Source: Candidatus Iainarchaeum sp. (GTDB lineage Archaea > Iainarchaeota > Iainarchaeia > Iainarchaeales > UBA10219). Taken from it: 64,000 bases of DNA. This document shows, piece after piece, positions 55,797 to 64,000 of this stretch; the first letter of the stretch is position 1, and each line of letters begins with the position of its first letter. The DNA lies in contig JAGVWE010000003.1 in assembly GCA_018304425.1 (NCBI GenBank), forward strand, positions 138,413-202,412, given 5' to 3'. The notes under the pieces were generated by a model. The model was not told the DNA's origin. It made no database searches and was given only the letters and a program-made list of their open reading frames with translations. The position numbers were made by a program, and so were the translations under genes.

Positions 55797-58187
55797 TCAT
55801 TTCGGCGCAACCGTCACGTGGCCGGTGACGTTGACCGGGTTCGGGTCGCCCAAGTGGAGCAGCACTCCATTGGCCCAGTCGTTCTTGTTATAGATGTCCG
55901 TGCAGCCCGGCGTGGTGTCCGTGAAGGTAAAACCGTAATGGTATTGGGGATAGTAGAAGAAGCTCAGGGCCCCGCTCGCCGTCACGCAAACCGAGATGGT
56001 CGACTTTGGCGGGATGCCCAGTATGCGGTAACCATAGGTCCCTCCCGTGGGAGTCAAGTCAAAGGCGATGTTGGCGCCACTGTAATTGAGGTTGCTGATT
56101 CTGCCGGCGCCGCTTAAGCTGCTTTCATGACTGGAATACTCGGGTTTCTGCTGGGTGGGCGTGAACGAGCAGCTCTGCGTCCCCGTTTCGGTGGTTGGAG
56201 GTTTAGAGGCCGTGGTGCCGCAGGCGTTGGCATCGGTGCAGGTCCTGGTCCTTGTCCGGCTCTGCGTCCCGCTTTCCGGGCACGTGTCCCACGCGCTCCA
56301 GGAAGACCATTCCCCGCAACCCCAGTTCTCCACGCAGGCCTGGCAGTTCTGGGACTCCGTCACGGGCGGCCTCGAACTGGTGGTGTCACAACCCGCGGCA
56401 TCCATGCAATTCCGGCTCCGATTCTGGCTTCCGCTGGTGCAAGAACCCCACGCGCCCCACTCCCCGCAAGACCAGTTCTCCTGGCAGGCGAGGGCATTGA
56501 CCATGATTTGAGCGGCCGCCTTGCTAATCCGGGTTGTCTGAACGTTCACGCCGACAACCAAGGGGATACGGCCGCTTTCATTGGGTTGGGCGACCAGCCC
56601 GATGTTGCGAACCCAATCGTCGAGGTTGACCGTGCATTGGTTGGGGGAACCGCACTGCGCGAGATTGCCGATTAGCTTGGGCTTGATAGTTGGAATAACG
56701 GGTTCAACCAAGGACAATTCAATGGGGATGTCCAGGGGCCTGTTCGGATAAGCGATGGAGAGCCCGAAGCCCGTGGCGTCCGCGGCCACTTCGCTGACGG
56801 GTTTGCCGTCCAGGGTCAAGGTCACGGTGGGAGGGTTGTACTTGCAGTTCCGCTCCATGGTCTCGCTTTCCTTGGGCTTGTCGGCGCCCACGCAATCAGC
56901 CGGGCAGGTCCGGGTCCTGGTGCCGGTTTGCTTTCCTTTGGGGTTGCAATCAGTCCACTGCCAGTCGGCCCAGGCACTGCAGCGGCTTTCGCAGGGCGAA
57001 GCCGGCGCGCTCCTAGCACTGATCGTGTGGTCCACACGGTACAGGCCCCTGTCCTCGACAAAGAGCCCCAGGTTGCCGGCAGGCAATCCCGTGGTGTCCA
57101 AGGGAATGATGAACGTGTCGTTTCCCTGGCGGCAGCCGGTAAGTCCTTTTATCTCCGTGTCTATGTGGGTCAACGTGCTGGATCCGGTCGTCAGGCTCGA
57201 GTCCAGGTAAATGGAGGTTCCTCCGTAGGGAGTGAGGTCCACGGGCACCGGTTCATTGGTGCCGCTGCCCGCACAGCTTGCTTCCCCTGAAACACCGGAG
57301 CTAATAATGCCTATCCTGAAAACCTCGCCCGCGAGCCTGGCCGCAAGGTTGGTGCCGGCAATGGCGTCAGCAGAAATAGAGCCAGCACCCAGGACAAACC
57401 CCATTTCCTCTCCGTCCAGGCCGCTGGGAAGCGAATCGAGCCCGAGGGTTATACTCTGAAACGCGGCCTTCTTTCCCCTCGTGACCACCACTTCGTTTTT
57501 CTTTCCCGGCGTTAAGTCAATGAAAGAAGACTTCTTTCCGTCCACCCGGATTTCGACGTCCAGTGGGGGGTCGCCGTCTTTTTTGGAGCCCGCCATGTAA
57601 ACCTCCAAGTGGTCTGCCTTGCCGCCCACGAATTCAACGCCGAGGTTGAGGCCGGCATCAGCAGAAAAGAGGGCGCAGTTCCCTGAATCGTCTGGCGCGC
57701 ACACCCGGAGTTGCTCGAACGCCATCCCGTCATCGCCTAGCTTGCCTTCCATCACGTGGTTACCTCCGCTTGCGGGGGCCGTGGCTTTGACGGTGTAGGG
57801 AGTGCCTGCCGGCCCAGCCAAGAGAATGCTGACTATGGAAGGCTTTCCTGGAACTGGTTGTCTTTGGATGCCCATGGAATCAAAACCAATGGCTTGGCGC
57901 TCGGGCTGGTAGGTGTAGGCCAACAGGAGGGAGTCCTTCAGGTTCTTGAGGGCTGCCCTGATTTCAGTTGGGTCCGTGGAGACCAGGGTTGTACTGGACT
58001 GGACGCGTTTGGGGGGCGTTCCCTGGTCGGGCGTTTTTGTCGTCGAAGGCGAAGCCGCGGGTTCACCAGGCGTTGGAGGCGCGGAACCCGTGTCAGGAGC
58101 AGGTGCAGGGATTTTCTGGTCGTTGCAGCCGGCCAGCAAGAGAAAGCCAACCAGCAGCAGACAGAGCAGGGCTTTTCCGGCAACCAT
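55797..58187 (-). CDS. Large lipoprotein with S-layer-like segment and TSP1-like repeats
   Basis: LAGC lipobox, FVLGAGSISADAIAGTNLAARL, three W..W..C...G.Q.R.R.C repeats. Confidence 0.85.
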   Translation of the reverse strand: MVAGKALLCLLLVGFLLLAGCNDQKIPAPAPDTGSAPPTPGEPAASPSTTKTPDQGTPPKRVQSSTTLVSTDPTEIRAALKNLKDSLLLAYTYQPERQAIGFDSMGIQRQPVPGKPSIVSILLAGPAGTPYTVKATAPASGGNHVMEGKLGDDGMAFEQLRVCAPDDSGNCALFSADAGLNLGVEFVGGKADHLEVYMAGSKKDGDPPLDVEIRVDGKKSSFIDLTPGKKNEVVVTRGKKAAFQSITLGLDSLPSGLDGEEMGFVLGAGSISADAIAGTNLAARLAGEVFRIGIISSGVSGEASCAGSGTNEPVPVDLTPYGGTSIYLDSSLTTGSSTLTHIDTEIKGLTGCRQGNDTFIIPLDTTGLPAGNLGLFVEDRGLYRVDHTISARSAPASPCESRCSAWADWQWTDCNPKGKQTGTRTRTCPADCVGADKPKESETMERNCKYNPPTVTLTLDGKPVSEVAADATGFGLSIAYPNRPLDIPIELSLVEPVIPTIKPKLIGNLAQCGSPNQCTVNLDDWVRNIGLVAQPNESGRIPLVVGVNVQTTRISKAAAQIMVNALACQENWSCGEWGAWGSCTSGSQNRSRNCMDAAGCDTTSSRPPVTESQNCQACVENWGCGEWSSWSAWDTCPESGTQSRTRTRTCTDANACGTTASKPPTTETGTQSCSFTPTQQKPEYSSHESSLSGAGRISNLNYSGANIAFDLTPTGGTYGYRILGIPPKSTISVCVTASGALSFFYYPQYHYGFTFTDTTPGCTDIYNKNDWANGVLLHLGDPNPVNVTGHVTVAPK

Positions 58188-58256
58188 TTCATTTTACAAG
58201 GATTTAACTCCTATATAAGCGTTTTTATGGCCCACTGGAATTGCGCCCCAACGCAA

Positions 58257-58790
58257 TCAGCGCCTTCTCCGCCCGATGGCACGCCCCGGGTTTTTTCGCC
58301 TGGGTGCAGGCCGCTGGAAAACTGGCATTTTCCGACGCGCTTTCAGTTGCAACGCGTGGGGGAGTTCAGGCGCCTTTTCTTTAATGTTTTTGTCGATGTC
58401 CCATTGGGTGGTGCACCCGATTGCCTTGCCAGGGTACCCCATTTCCCGCATGAATCGCGCGAACCTGGCATGCGTTCTTGCCAGCACCTTTTCAACCCCG
58501 TGTTTCCTCAACACCATTTCAACGGAGGGCACCAGCACGCCGATGGCCCGCAACCCAGCCGCTGCTTCAATGCCCTCTGCCGGCATTATCCGCGAATACG
58601 ACGCCGTTGTGCCCCCTCCAACGATGGTGCCTTCCAAGGCAGCCACTTCCTGTCGCCCGACAAATGCCGCTGCCAGCACGGGAACCGTGCCACCAACCGA
58701 CCTCCCAATGCGAACCCGGATGCGGTGGCCCAACCAAGCTATTCCAGCGCCCCCGCGGACCACACGCAAAACCGGCTTGGATTCGTCCAT
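58257..58790 (-). CDS. Basic orphan protein, possible degenerate GNAT-like fold
   Basis: Beta-rich start, LRKHGVEKV...FMREMGY, poly-Arg C-tail. TATA upstream. Confidence 0.6.
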   Translation of the reverse strand: MDESKPVLRVVRGGAGIAWLGHRIRVRIGRSVGGTVPVLAAAFVGRQEVAALEGTIVGGGTTASYSRIMPAEGIEAAAGLRAIGVLVPSVEMVLRKHGVEKVLARTHARFARFMREMGYPGKAIGCTTQWDIDKNIKEKAPELPHALQLKARRKMPVFQRPAPRRKNPGRAIGRRRR

Positions 58791-58851
58791 AGCATTCCTT
58801 GCAGGCCTTAGGGTAATTAAATACGAACGCCTTACACCGTTTAAGGTTCGA

Positions 58852-59031
58852 ATGCACACCAAAAGCGTGGCCTTCTCACTGGACCGGCAAGGCGTGACAG
58901 GCAAGGGCCTGCTTGCATGCATCCAAGCCTATTTCAGCGAGCACGGACTTGAACCGCTGCGGTTCGCCATCGTGAAGGCAACCCGCGAAAAAGTGTCCGT
59001 CGAAGCCATTGTCTTGGAGCGGGGCAAATGA
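58852..59031 (+). CDS. 59-aa protein coupled to the DUF3326 gene
   Basis: EPLRFAIV...VEAIV. ATGA overlap with the downstream gene. Confidence 0.7.
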   Translation: MHTKSVAFSLDRQGVTGKGLLACIQAYFSEHGLEPLRFAIVKATREKVSVEAIVLERGK

Positions 59032-60029
59032 GCCGCGAATTCGTCGTCGCGCACGTGGTGCCCACCGGCCTCCGCGCCAGCGTGGGCGGCTATGTGGGGG
59101 ACGCAACGCCCCCGACCAATAAGATGGCCGAGGTGTGCGACAAGGTCATCGTGCACCCGAACGTGGTCAACGGGGTCATGCTGAACTGCGCCAAGGAAAA
59201 CGTGCTCTACGTCGAGGGCTATCACCTGGACCGCTTCTTCCTCGGCGAAACCGCGTTACGCGAAGTCAAGCAAAACCGAATCGGCGTGGTGCTTGACCAC
59301 GTCGACGAAAGGCACTATAACTTCGGCGTCAACCAGGTGAACGCCGTCAAGGCCAACAAGGGCATCAAAGTTACCGGCATCGTGCGCACGCGCGAGAAAA
59401 TCAAGGACAGCGTTTTCAGGAGCAAGACAGGGGCCTACATCGGGAAAATCGGGAACCCCGAGGTAATCTTCGAGGCCTGCCATGCCCTGCTGGCCGAGGG
59501 CGCGGACGCGCTCTGCCTTTCCGCGAAAATCAACGTCTCGCACAAAATCATGGCCGAATATTTTCGTGGCAGGATACCGAACCCCTATGGGGGATTGGAG
59601 GCCATACTCTCGCACGCGGTGTCGAAAAAGTTTGGGGTGGCCTGCGCGCACGCGCCCCTGCAACTCTACTCCCAGCGATTGCATGACTTTGGCATCGTGG
59701 ACTGGAGGGGCGCGGCCGAAGTAGTTAGTACGGCCTACCTTGGATGCGTCTTGCAGGGCCTGGACAGGGCACCAAGGCCGGTGCCGGTGAAGCGGGCCAA
59801 GCCAAGCGATTGGCGGATTGGAGACCTGGCCGCCCTGGTGTGCCCACACAATGCCTTGGGCGGCATCCCCATGCTGGCCTGTGAGGAACGCGGCATCCCT
59901 GTCCTCGCCGTCAAGGAAAACAGCACGATTTTGCGGGTGACAAAGGAACGGCTTGGCTTGAAGAACGTGGTCAAGGTCAAGTCGTATGATGAGACCGTAA
60001 AACTGTTGAAGAAGATGCGGCGGCGCTGA
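59028..60029 (+). CDS. DUF3326 family protein
   Basis: VPTG..ASVGGY.GDA.P, HPNVVNG, YVEGY.LD.F, EAILSH, CAHAP. Confidence 0.9.
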   Translation: MSREFVVAHVVPTGLRASVGGYVGDATPPTNKMAEVCDKVIVHPNVVNGVMLNCAKENVLYVEGYHLDRFFLGETALREVKQNRIGVVLDHVDERHYNFGVNQVNAVKANKGIKVTGIVRTREKIKDSVFRSKTGAYIGKIGNPEVIFEACHALLAEGADALCLSAKINVSHKIMAEYFRGRIPNPYGGLEAILSHAVSKKFGVACAHAPLQLYSQRLHDFGIVDWRGAAEVVSTAYLGCVLQGLDRAPRPVPVKRAKPSDWRIGDLAALVCPHNALGGIPMLACEERGIPVLAVKENSTILRVTKERLGLKNVVKVKSYDETVKLLKKMRRR

Positions 60030-60098
60030 GCCGGAACGCAAAAATCGTGCCACTCCAGCCTGTTGCTTTTTAACAGTATTTCATTTTGCTTATTGGTG

Positions 60099-61262
60099 AT
60101 GAAGTTTTTGAAATGGGCTGCTAAACAGTTTTCTGATTTTTTGGATGGCGTGGTTTTCGAAGTATTGTCGTTTTTTTACCGTGAACGGGCCAGTGTCGTC
60201 ATTCCGGCCTTCAACGAACAGAAAACGGTTAGAAACGTCGCACAGGCGGCGCTGAAGTCGCGTTTTGTGGGCGAAGTCATCGTCGTGGATGACGGCAGCA
60301 CGGACAAAACCGTCGAAGTGGCCGGGAAACTGGGCCGAACCAGGGTGGTTTTGCACAAGCGAAACCTGGGAAAGGGCCTGGCCATAAAAACAGGCATCAA
60401 ACACGCGGCAAACGATGTCGTGCTCTTTTTGGATGCCGACCTGCAAAACATGACCCCGCATAAAATTGACAACCTCTTGTGGCCCTTGATTAGCGGGGAA
60501 GCCGATTTCGTGAAGGCCGGTTTTTCCCTTAAACGCGGGCGCGTCACCGAAATCGCCGTAAAACCGATGATGAAAATACTGTTCCCCGAACACGATTTCA
60601 GTCAGCCCATTTCAGGGCAATTCGGGGCAAGGAAAAACTTCCTGACAAAAATAAAGGTCATCGACCGGTGGGGCATTGACATCGGCATTTTCCTGGACGC
60701 AATAAAAAACAGGTTGCGCGTGGTGGAAGTGGACATCGGCGAAATAGTGCATAAGGCGCGCAGCACCGAAGAAAAAGCCGAAATGTCCAGACAGGTCATG
60801 GAAGTGATGCTGTCCAAGGCGGGGTTGTTTGCCGAACGCTTCCCGAACGTGGTTTTCTCCGAGCATGCCCTGTTCTCCGGCGACTCGGTCAAGGACCCCA
60901 TTGCATCTGCCGTGATTCAGCGCCTTAAAAAACGCCGGTTCAACCTGTTCCTGCTTTGCTATGGTTCCGCGGAAAACGCCAGGGAAAAAGCCAGGCAATT
61001 GCAGATAGGAAAATACTTGGTTGCCGGAAAGAACGGGCCGCTGGAACTCCTGAGGGACTTTAAAAAAGCGCTGAAAAAGAATCACGTGAAGCCCGCAGAA
61101 ACGGCCTTCATTGGTTCGAAAACGTTTGAAGCCACCTTATTCGGCACGGTGGGCATGGGAATCGCCTTCTCCAAGCAAAAAGAGGTCTGCCTGAAGGCAG
61201 ACCGGACCATTAAGTCGCTCCCCGAAATACTGTTGCTGGAAGAATGGACTGCGCCGGCCTAA
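60099..61262 (+). CDS. GT2 glycosyltransferase (GpgS-like) fused to a degenerate HAD-like domain
   Basis: VIPAFNE, VDDGSTD, FLDAD, GRVTE..KP, QPISGQF. C-terminal AFIG...GMGIAF..ADRTI. Confidence 0.85.
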   Translation: MKFLKWAAKQFSDFLDGVVFEVLSFFYRERASVVIPAFNEQKTVRNVAQAALKSRFVGEVIVVDDGSTDKTVEVAGKLGRTRVVLHKRNLGKGLAIKTGIKHAANDVVLFLDADLQNMTPHKIDNLLWPLISGEADFVKAGFSLKRGRVTEIAVKPMMKILFPEHDFSQPISGQFGARKNFLTKIKVIDRWGIDIGIFLDAIKNRLRVVEVDIGEIVHKARSTEEKAEMSRQVMEVMLSKAGLFAERFPNVVFSEHALFSGDSVKDPIASAVIQRLKKRRFNLFLLCYGSAENAREKARQLQIGKYLVAGKNGPLELLRDFKKALKKNHVKPAETAFIGSKTFEATLFGTVGMGIAFSKQKEVCLKADRTIKSLPEILLLEEWTAPA

Positions 61263-61320
61263 GCCCCCCCCAGGCAAGGAAGGCCAATGGTATTTTATTT
61301 GTTTTAACTCTACTAAGTTC

Positions 61321-62328
61321 ATGAACCCGCTGGACCTTGCCTCGTTTGCTTTTGGCTTGGCCGTCCTGTTAAAGGGCTCAGACTTATTCGTGGAATCGGC
61401 TTCCCGCTTGGCGCGGTTCCTCCGCATGCCCCCCCTGGTTATTGGGTTAACCATTGTCGCCATCGGAACCTCGTTGCCCGAACTGGCCACCTCCGTGGTT
61501 GCCTCCCTCCAGAACAGCCCGTCCATCGCGGTCGGCAACGTCATCGGCTCGAACATCGCGAACATTTTACTCATCCTTGGTGTCAGTGGCCTGCTCTTCA
61601 ACGGCGTGAACGCCCAAAAAAAGGTTTTCCAAAAGGACTGCTTCATCATGTTCGCGGTAACGGTTTTGTTTTATATTTCGATGATGGATGGCATACTCTC
61701 GCCGAGGCAGGGGCTGTTCTTCCTCCTCCTCTTTTTTCTTTACACGCTCATCAGGCTGAAAATGAGGTTCGAGTTCAGGAAGCTGTTCGACTTCCGGACT
61801 TACCTGCACGCGGCCTACCATTTTAATCACCGGGGGCACCACTTTCAAACAAAACTGGTGCTGGACCGAAAGCTGGCGTCCAGCTGCTTCCGACAATTTT
61901 CCCTGCTTGTCATTGGCTTGGCGGGCGTAACGTATGGCGCCCAACTGCTGGTGGATGCAGCCAAAGGCATTGCCCTGGCGCTTGGAGTAAGCGCGGAAAT
62001 AATCGCGGTTACCGTCATTGCAGTTGGAACGTCCCTGCCGGAAGCCAGCGTATCCATCACGGCAATAAGGAAGAAACTGCCTGAAATCGCATTGGGAAAC
62101 ATCATCGGCTCGAACATCGCGAACATTTTGCTTATCCTTGGAACCTCGGCACTGATTGCGCCCCTCGCCGTTGAGTTTGCCAGGATCCAGACCCAACTGG
62201 TGTTCATGCTTGTTGCCGCCGCGCTCCTCACCCTGACCGTGAGCGCAGGCGAAAAAATTTCAAGAAACGACGCCATTGTTTTCCTGCTGGTCTTCGCCTT
62301 GTTCCTGGCCAGCCTGGGCTCCGCCTGA
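61321..62328 (+). CDS. Ca2+/Na+ antiporter (YrbG/CaCA)
   Basis: Two GTSLPE...GN.IGSNIANI alpha-repeats. Confidence 0.95.
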   Translation: MNPLDLASFAFGLAVLLKGSDLFVESASRLARFLRMPPLVIGLTIVAIGTSLPELATSVVASLQNSPSIAVGNVIGSNIANILLILGVSGLLFNGVNAQKKVFQKDCFIMFAVTVLFYISMMDGILSPRQGLFFLLLFFLYTLIRLKMRFEFRKLFDFRTYLHAAYHFNHRGHHFQTKLVLDRKLASSCFRQFSLLVIGLAGVTYGAQLLVDAAKGIALALGVSAEIIAVTVIAVGTSLPEASVSITAIRKKLPEIALGNIIGSNIANILLILGTSALIAPLAVEFARIQTQLVFMLVAAALLTLTVSAGEKISRNDAIVFLLVFALFLASLGSA

Positions 62329-62392
62329 AGGGGAAAAATTGCCCCACAGAAAGTAATAAATAGGGGAAAACCCCTTTTTCTGTGGAAATCCG

Positions 62393-63385
62393 GTGAAAGG
62401 TTTTGCTGTGCAGGAATTAACCGCGTTGGTCTTAATTTCCTTGGTTTTTTTAGCGGGCTGTCCACAGGCAGGAACGCCCCAGCAAACCCCGCAGACGCCG
62501 ACAGAGCCTTCCAGTGACTCCCAGCCAACGACGGGAACCGAACCCGCTACGCCGACCCCACCCGCCGCTTTGCGGGAAAACGATGGCAGCAGCGGAGGGG
62601 ACGCGCCCGACCGGTTCCAGGACGGCCTGGTGGAATTGGCGGCCGGCGAATACACGGAGAACGCGATTGCGAAACCCGGAGACCTCGACTTCTACAAGTT
62701 CACGGTGGGAGCAGGGGACTGGTTCAAGGCAACGGTTACCCCGACTTCAGAGTTGGACGCCCAAATCCTGATTTACGGCGAAGGCGGAAAAGAATCCACG
62801 TGGGACTACACATATTATTGGGTTGGAAACACGGAAGGCGATTCCACCTTCAAAATCAATTCCGCCGCGGCGGGAAAAGAAGAGGGCTTCTGGAGCCAGA
62901 TGAGCTCGGAAGAAAAAACCTACACGTATTATTTTAGCGTGGGCCCGGCCGAAGGAGGGGGCACGGGGAACTACACCATCCAGCTCGAAGTGCGGCCGCA
63001 GGACGACGCGGGCACGGGAAAAGACGCCGGGGAAACCCCGGCCAAGGCCCTGGCCATTGGCCCAGGAACCGAGCACCGGGCACTGCTCAACTGGAACGAC
63101 AAAGTCGACTGCTTCAAGCTTTCAACCGGGGGCAACGCGACCGTGACGATAAGCCCGGAAACGGACTTGGACGTTTCCCTCACCCTCCACGACCACGGGG
63201 GAAAGGACGCGACCTGGGACCTCACCTACTACAAGAAAACCAACAAGGACAAGGCAGGCTTCTCCATCGACGACGCCTCCGCGGGCATCCCCGAAAGCGT
63301 GACCTGGGAGACGACCGGAAGCATGCAATTCGTTTGCGTGAAAAAGAAGGGCGGCCAAGGGAATTACACGGTCGAATATTCCTGA
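62393..63385 (+). CDS. Lipoprotein with two PPC-like beta domains
   Basis: LAGC lipobox, P/T linker, D.DFYKF...GNYT repeated twice. Confidence 0.85.
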   Translation: MKGFAVQELTALVLISLVFLAGCPQAGTPQQTPQTPTEPSSDSQPTTGTEPATPTPPAALRENDGSSGGDAPDRFQDGLVELAAGEYTENAIAKPGDLDFYKFTVGAGDWFKATVTPTSELDAQILIYGEGGKESTWDYTYYWVGNTEGDSTFKINSAAAGKEEGFWSQMSSEEKTYTYYFSVGPAEGGGTGNYTIQLEVRPQDDAGTGKDAGETPAKALAIGPGTEHRALLNWNDKVDCFKLSTGGNATVTISPETDLDVSLTLHDHGGKDATWDLTYYKKTNKDKAGFSIDDASAGIPESVTWETTGSMQFVCVKKKGGQGNYTVEYS

Positions 63386-63478
63386 TTGACTCAAATCCCC
63401 GGAGGGTTGCGGCTAAAGCGACCCCCAAGCGGCCGGTTTAAAGCACTTCGCCAGGAAAATTTGTAGGACAAGGTACTA

Positions 63479-64000
63479 ATGACATTCAAGGAATTGAACC
63501 TGTTGGAACCGCTGCAACGGGCGTTGGACAAGGAAGGCTACACCGAGCCCACGCCCATCCAAGCCAAGGCCATCCCGCCCTTACTGCAGGGCCGCGACCT
63601 GATAGGCATCGCCCAGACCGGCACCGGCAAGACCGCGGCCTTCGTGCTGCCCATCCTCCAACGGATGTCACTCGACCGCAAGCAAACCCAGCCCGGGGCC
63701 CCACGCGTGCTAGTACTCGCCCCCACCCGGGAACTGGCCAGCCAAATAAACGAAAGCTTTTCCGCGTACGGGAGGTTCATGCCCTTCCGGCACACCGCCA
63801 TCTTCGGGGGCGTTGGACAATTTCCCCAGACCCGGGCCCTAGCGCACGGCGTCGACATCCTCGTTGCAACACCCGGAAGGCTCATGGACCTCATGCAGCA
63901 AGGCTACGTAAAATTGCGCGCCGTGGATTTCTTCGTCCTGGACGAGGCCGACCGCATGCTGGACATGGGCTTCATCCACGACGTCCGCAAAATCGTGGCC
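63479..64000 (+). CDS. DEAD-box RNA helicase (RhlE-like), partial
   Basis: Manual translation MTFKELNL...[34 protein letters not shown]. Confidence 0.95.
   Translation, partial: MTFKELNLLEPLQRALDKEGYTEPTPIQAKAIPPLLQGRDLIGIAQTGTGKTAAFVLPILQRMSLDRKQTQPGAPRVLVLAPTRELASQINESFSAYGRFMPFRHTAIFGGVGQFPQTRALAHGVDILVATPGRLMDLMQQGYVKLRAVDFFVLDEADRMLDMGFIHDVRKIVA

Noticed and set aside
61541-62129. 28-bp exact direct repeat
   Set aside because: It encodes the conserved IGSNIANI motif of the two alpha-repeats of the CaCA antiporter.
62343-62385. Nested inverted repeat CCACAGAAA/TTTCTGTGG around GGGG-aaaa-CCCC
   Set aside because: Adequately explained as a terminator or operator overlapping the TATA box of the next gene. 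It is single-copy, so there is no covariation evidence.

Overview
GC-rich archaeal chromosome segment, most consistent with a DPANN lineage such as Iainarchaeota/Diapherotrites (inference). The basis is thermosome, Alba, Sec61-beta, archaeal IleRS, a single-OB SSB, a histone-fold protein, TATA-box leaderless genes and DPANN-type toxin-antitoxin and wHTH genes. The window holds about 70 CDSs, three tRNAs (Ile-UAU, Val-CAC, Leu-UAG) and several broken genes. I see no CRISPR array, rRNA, transposase or reverse transcriptase. Most notable: (1) a ~90-nt RNA-like motif present twice (33544-33632, 35131-35216) with compensatory base changes in three stems and an invariant C-rich loop, which matches no family I recognise; (2) a rare tRNA-Ile(UAU) directly upstream of ileS, preceded by a 25-codon ORF with AUA codons, a closing stem and a T-tract; (3) two tandem DUF4013-anchored, Cys-rich/TSP3 surface proteins with a hydrophobic helical insert, plus a related lipoprotein; (4) seven dispersed, leaderless, very Arg-rich orphan genes; (5) hairpin clusters abutting tRNA-Val and tRNA-Leu; (6) a probable ATC start codon for acetolactate synthase. 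All family assignments come from motif recognition, not database searches.
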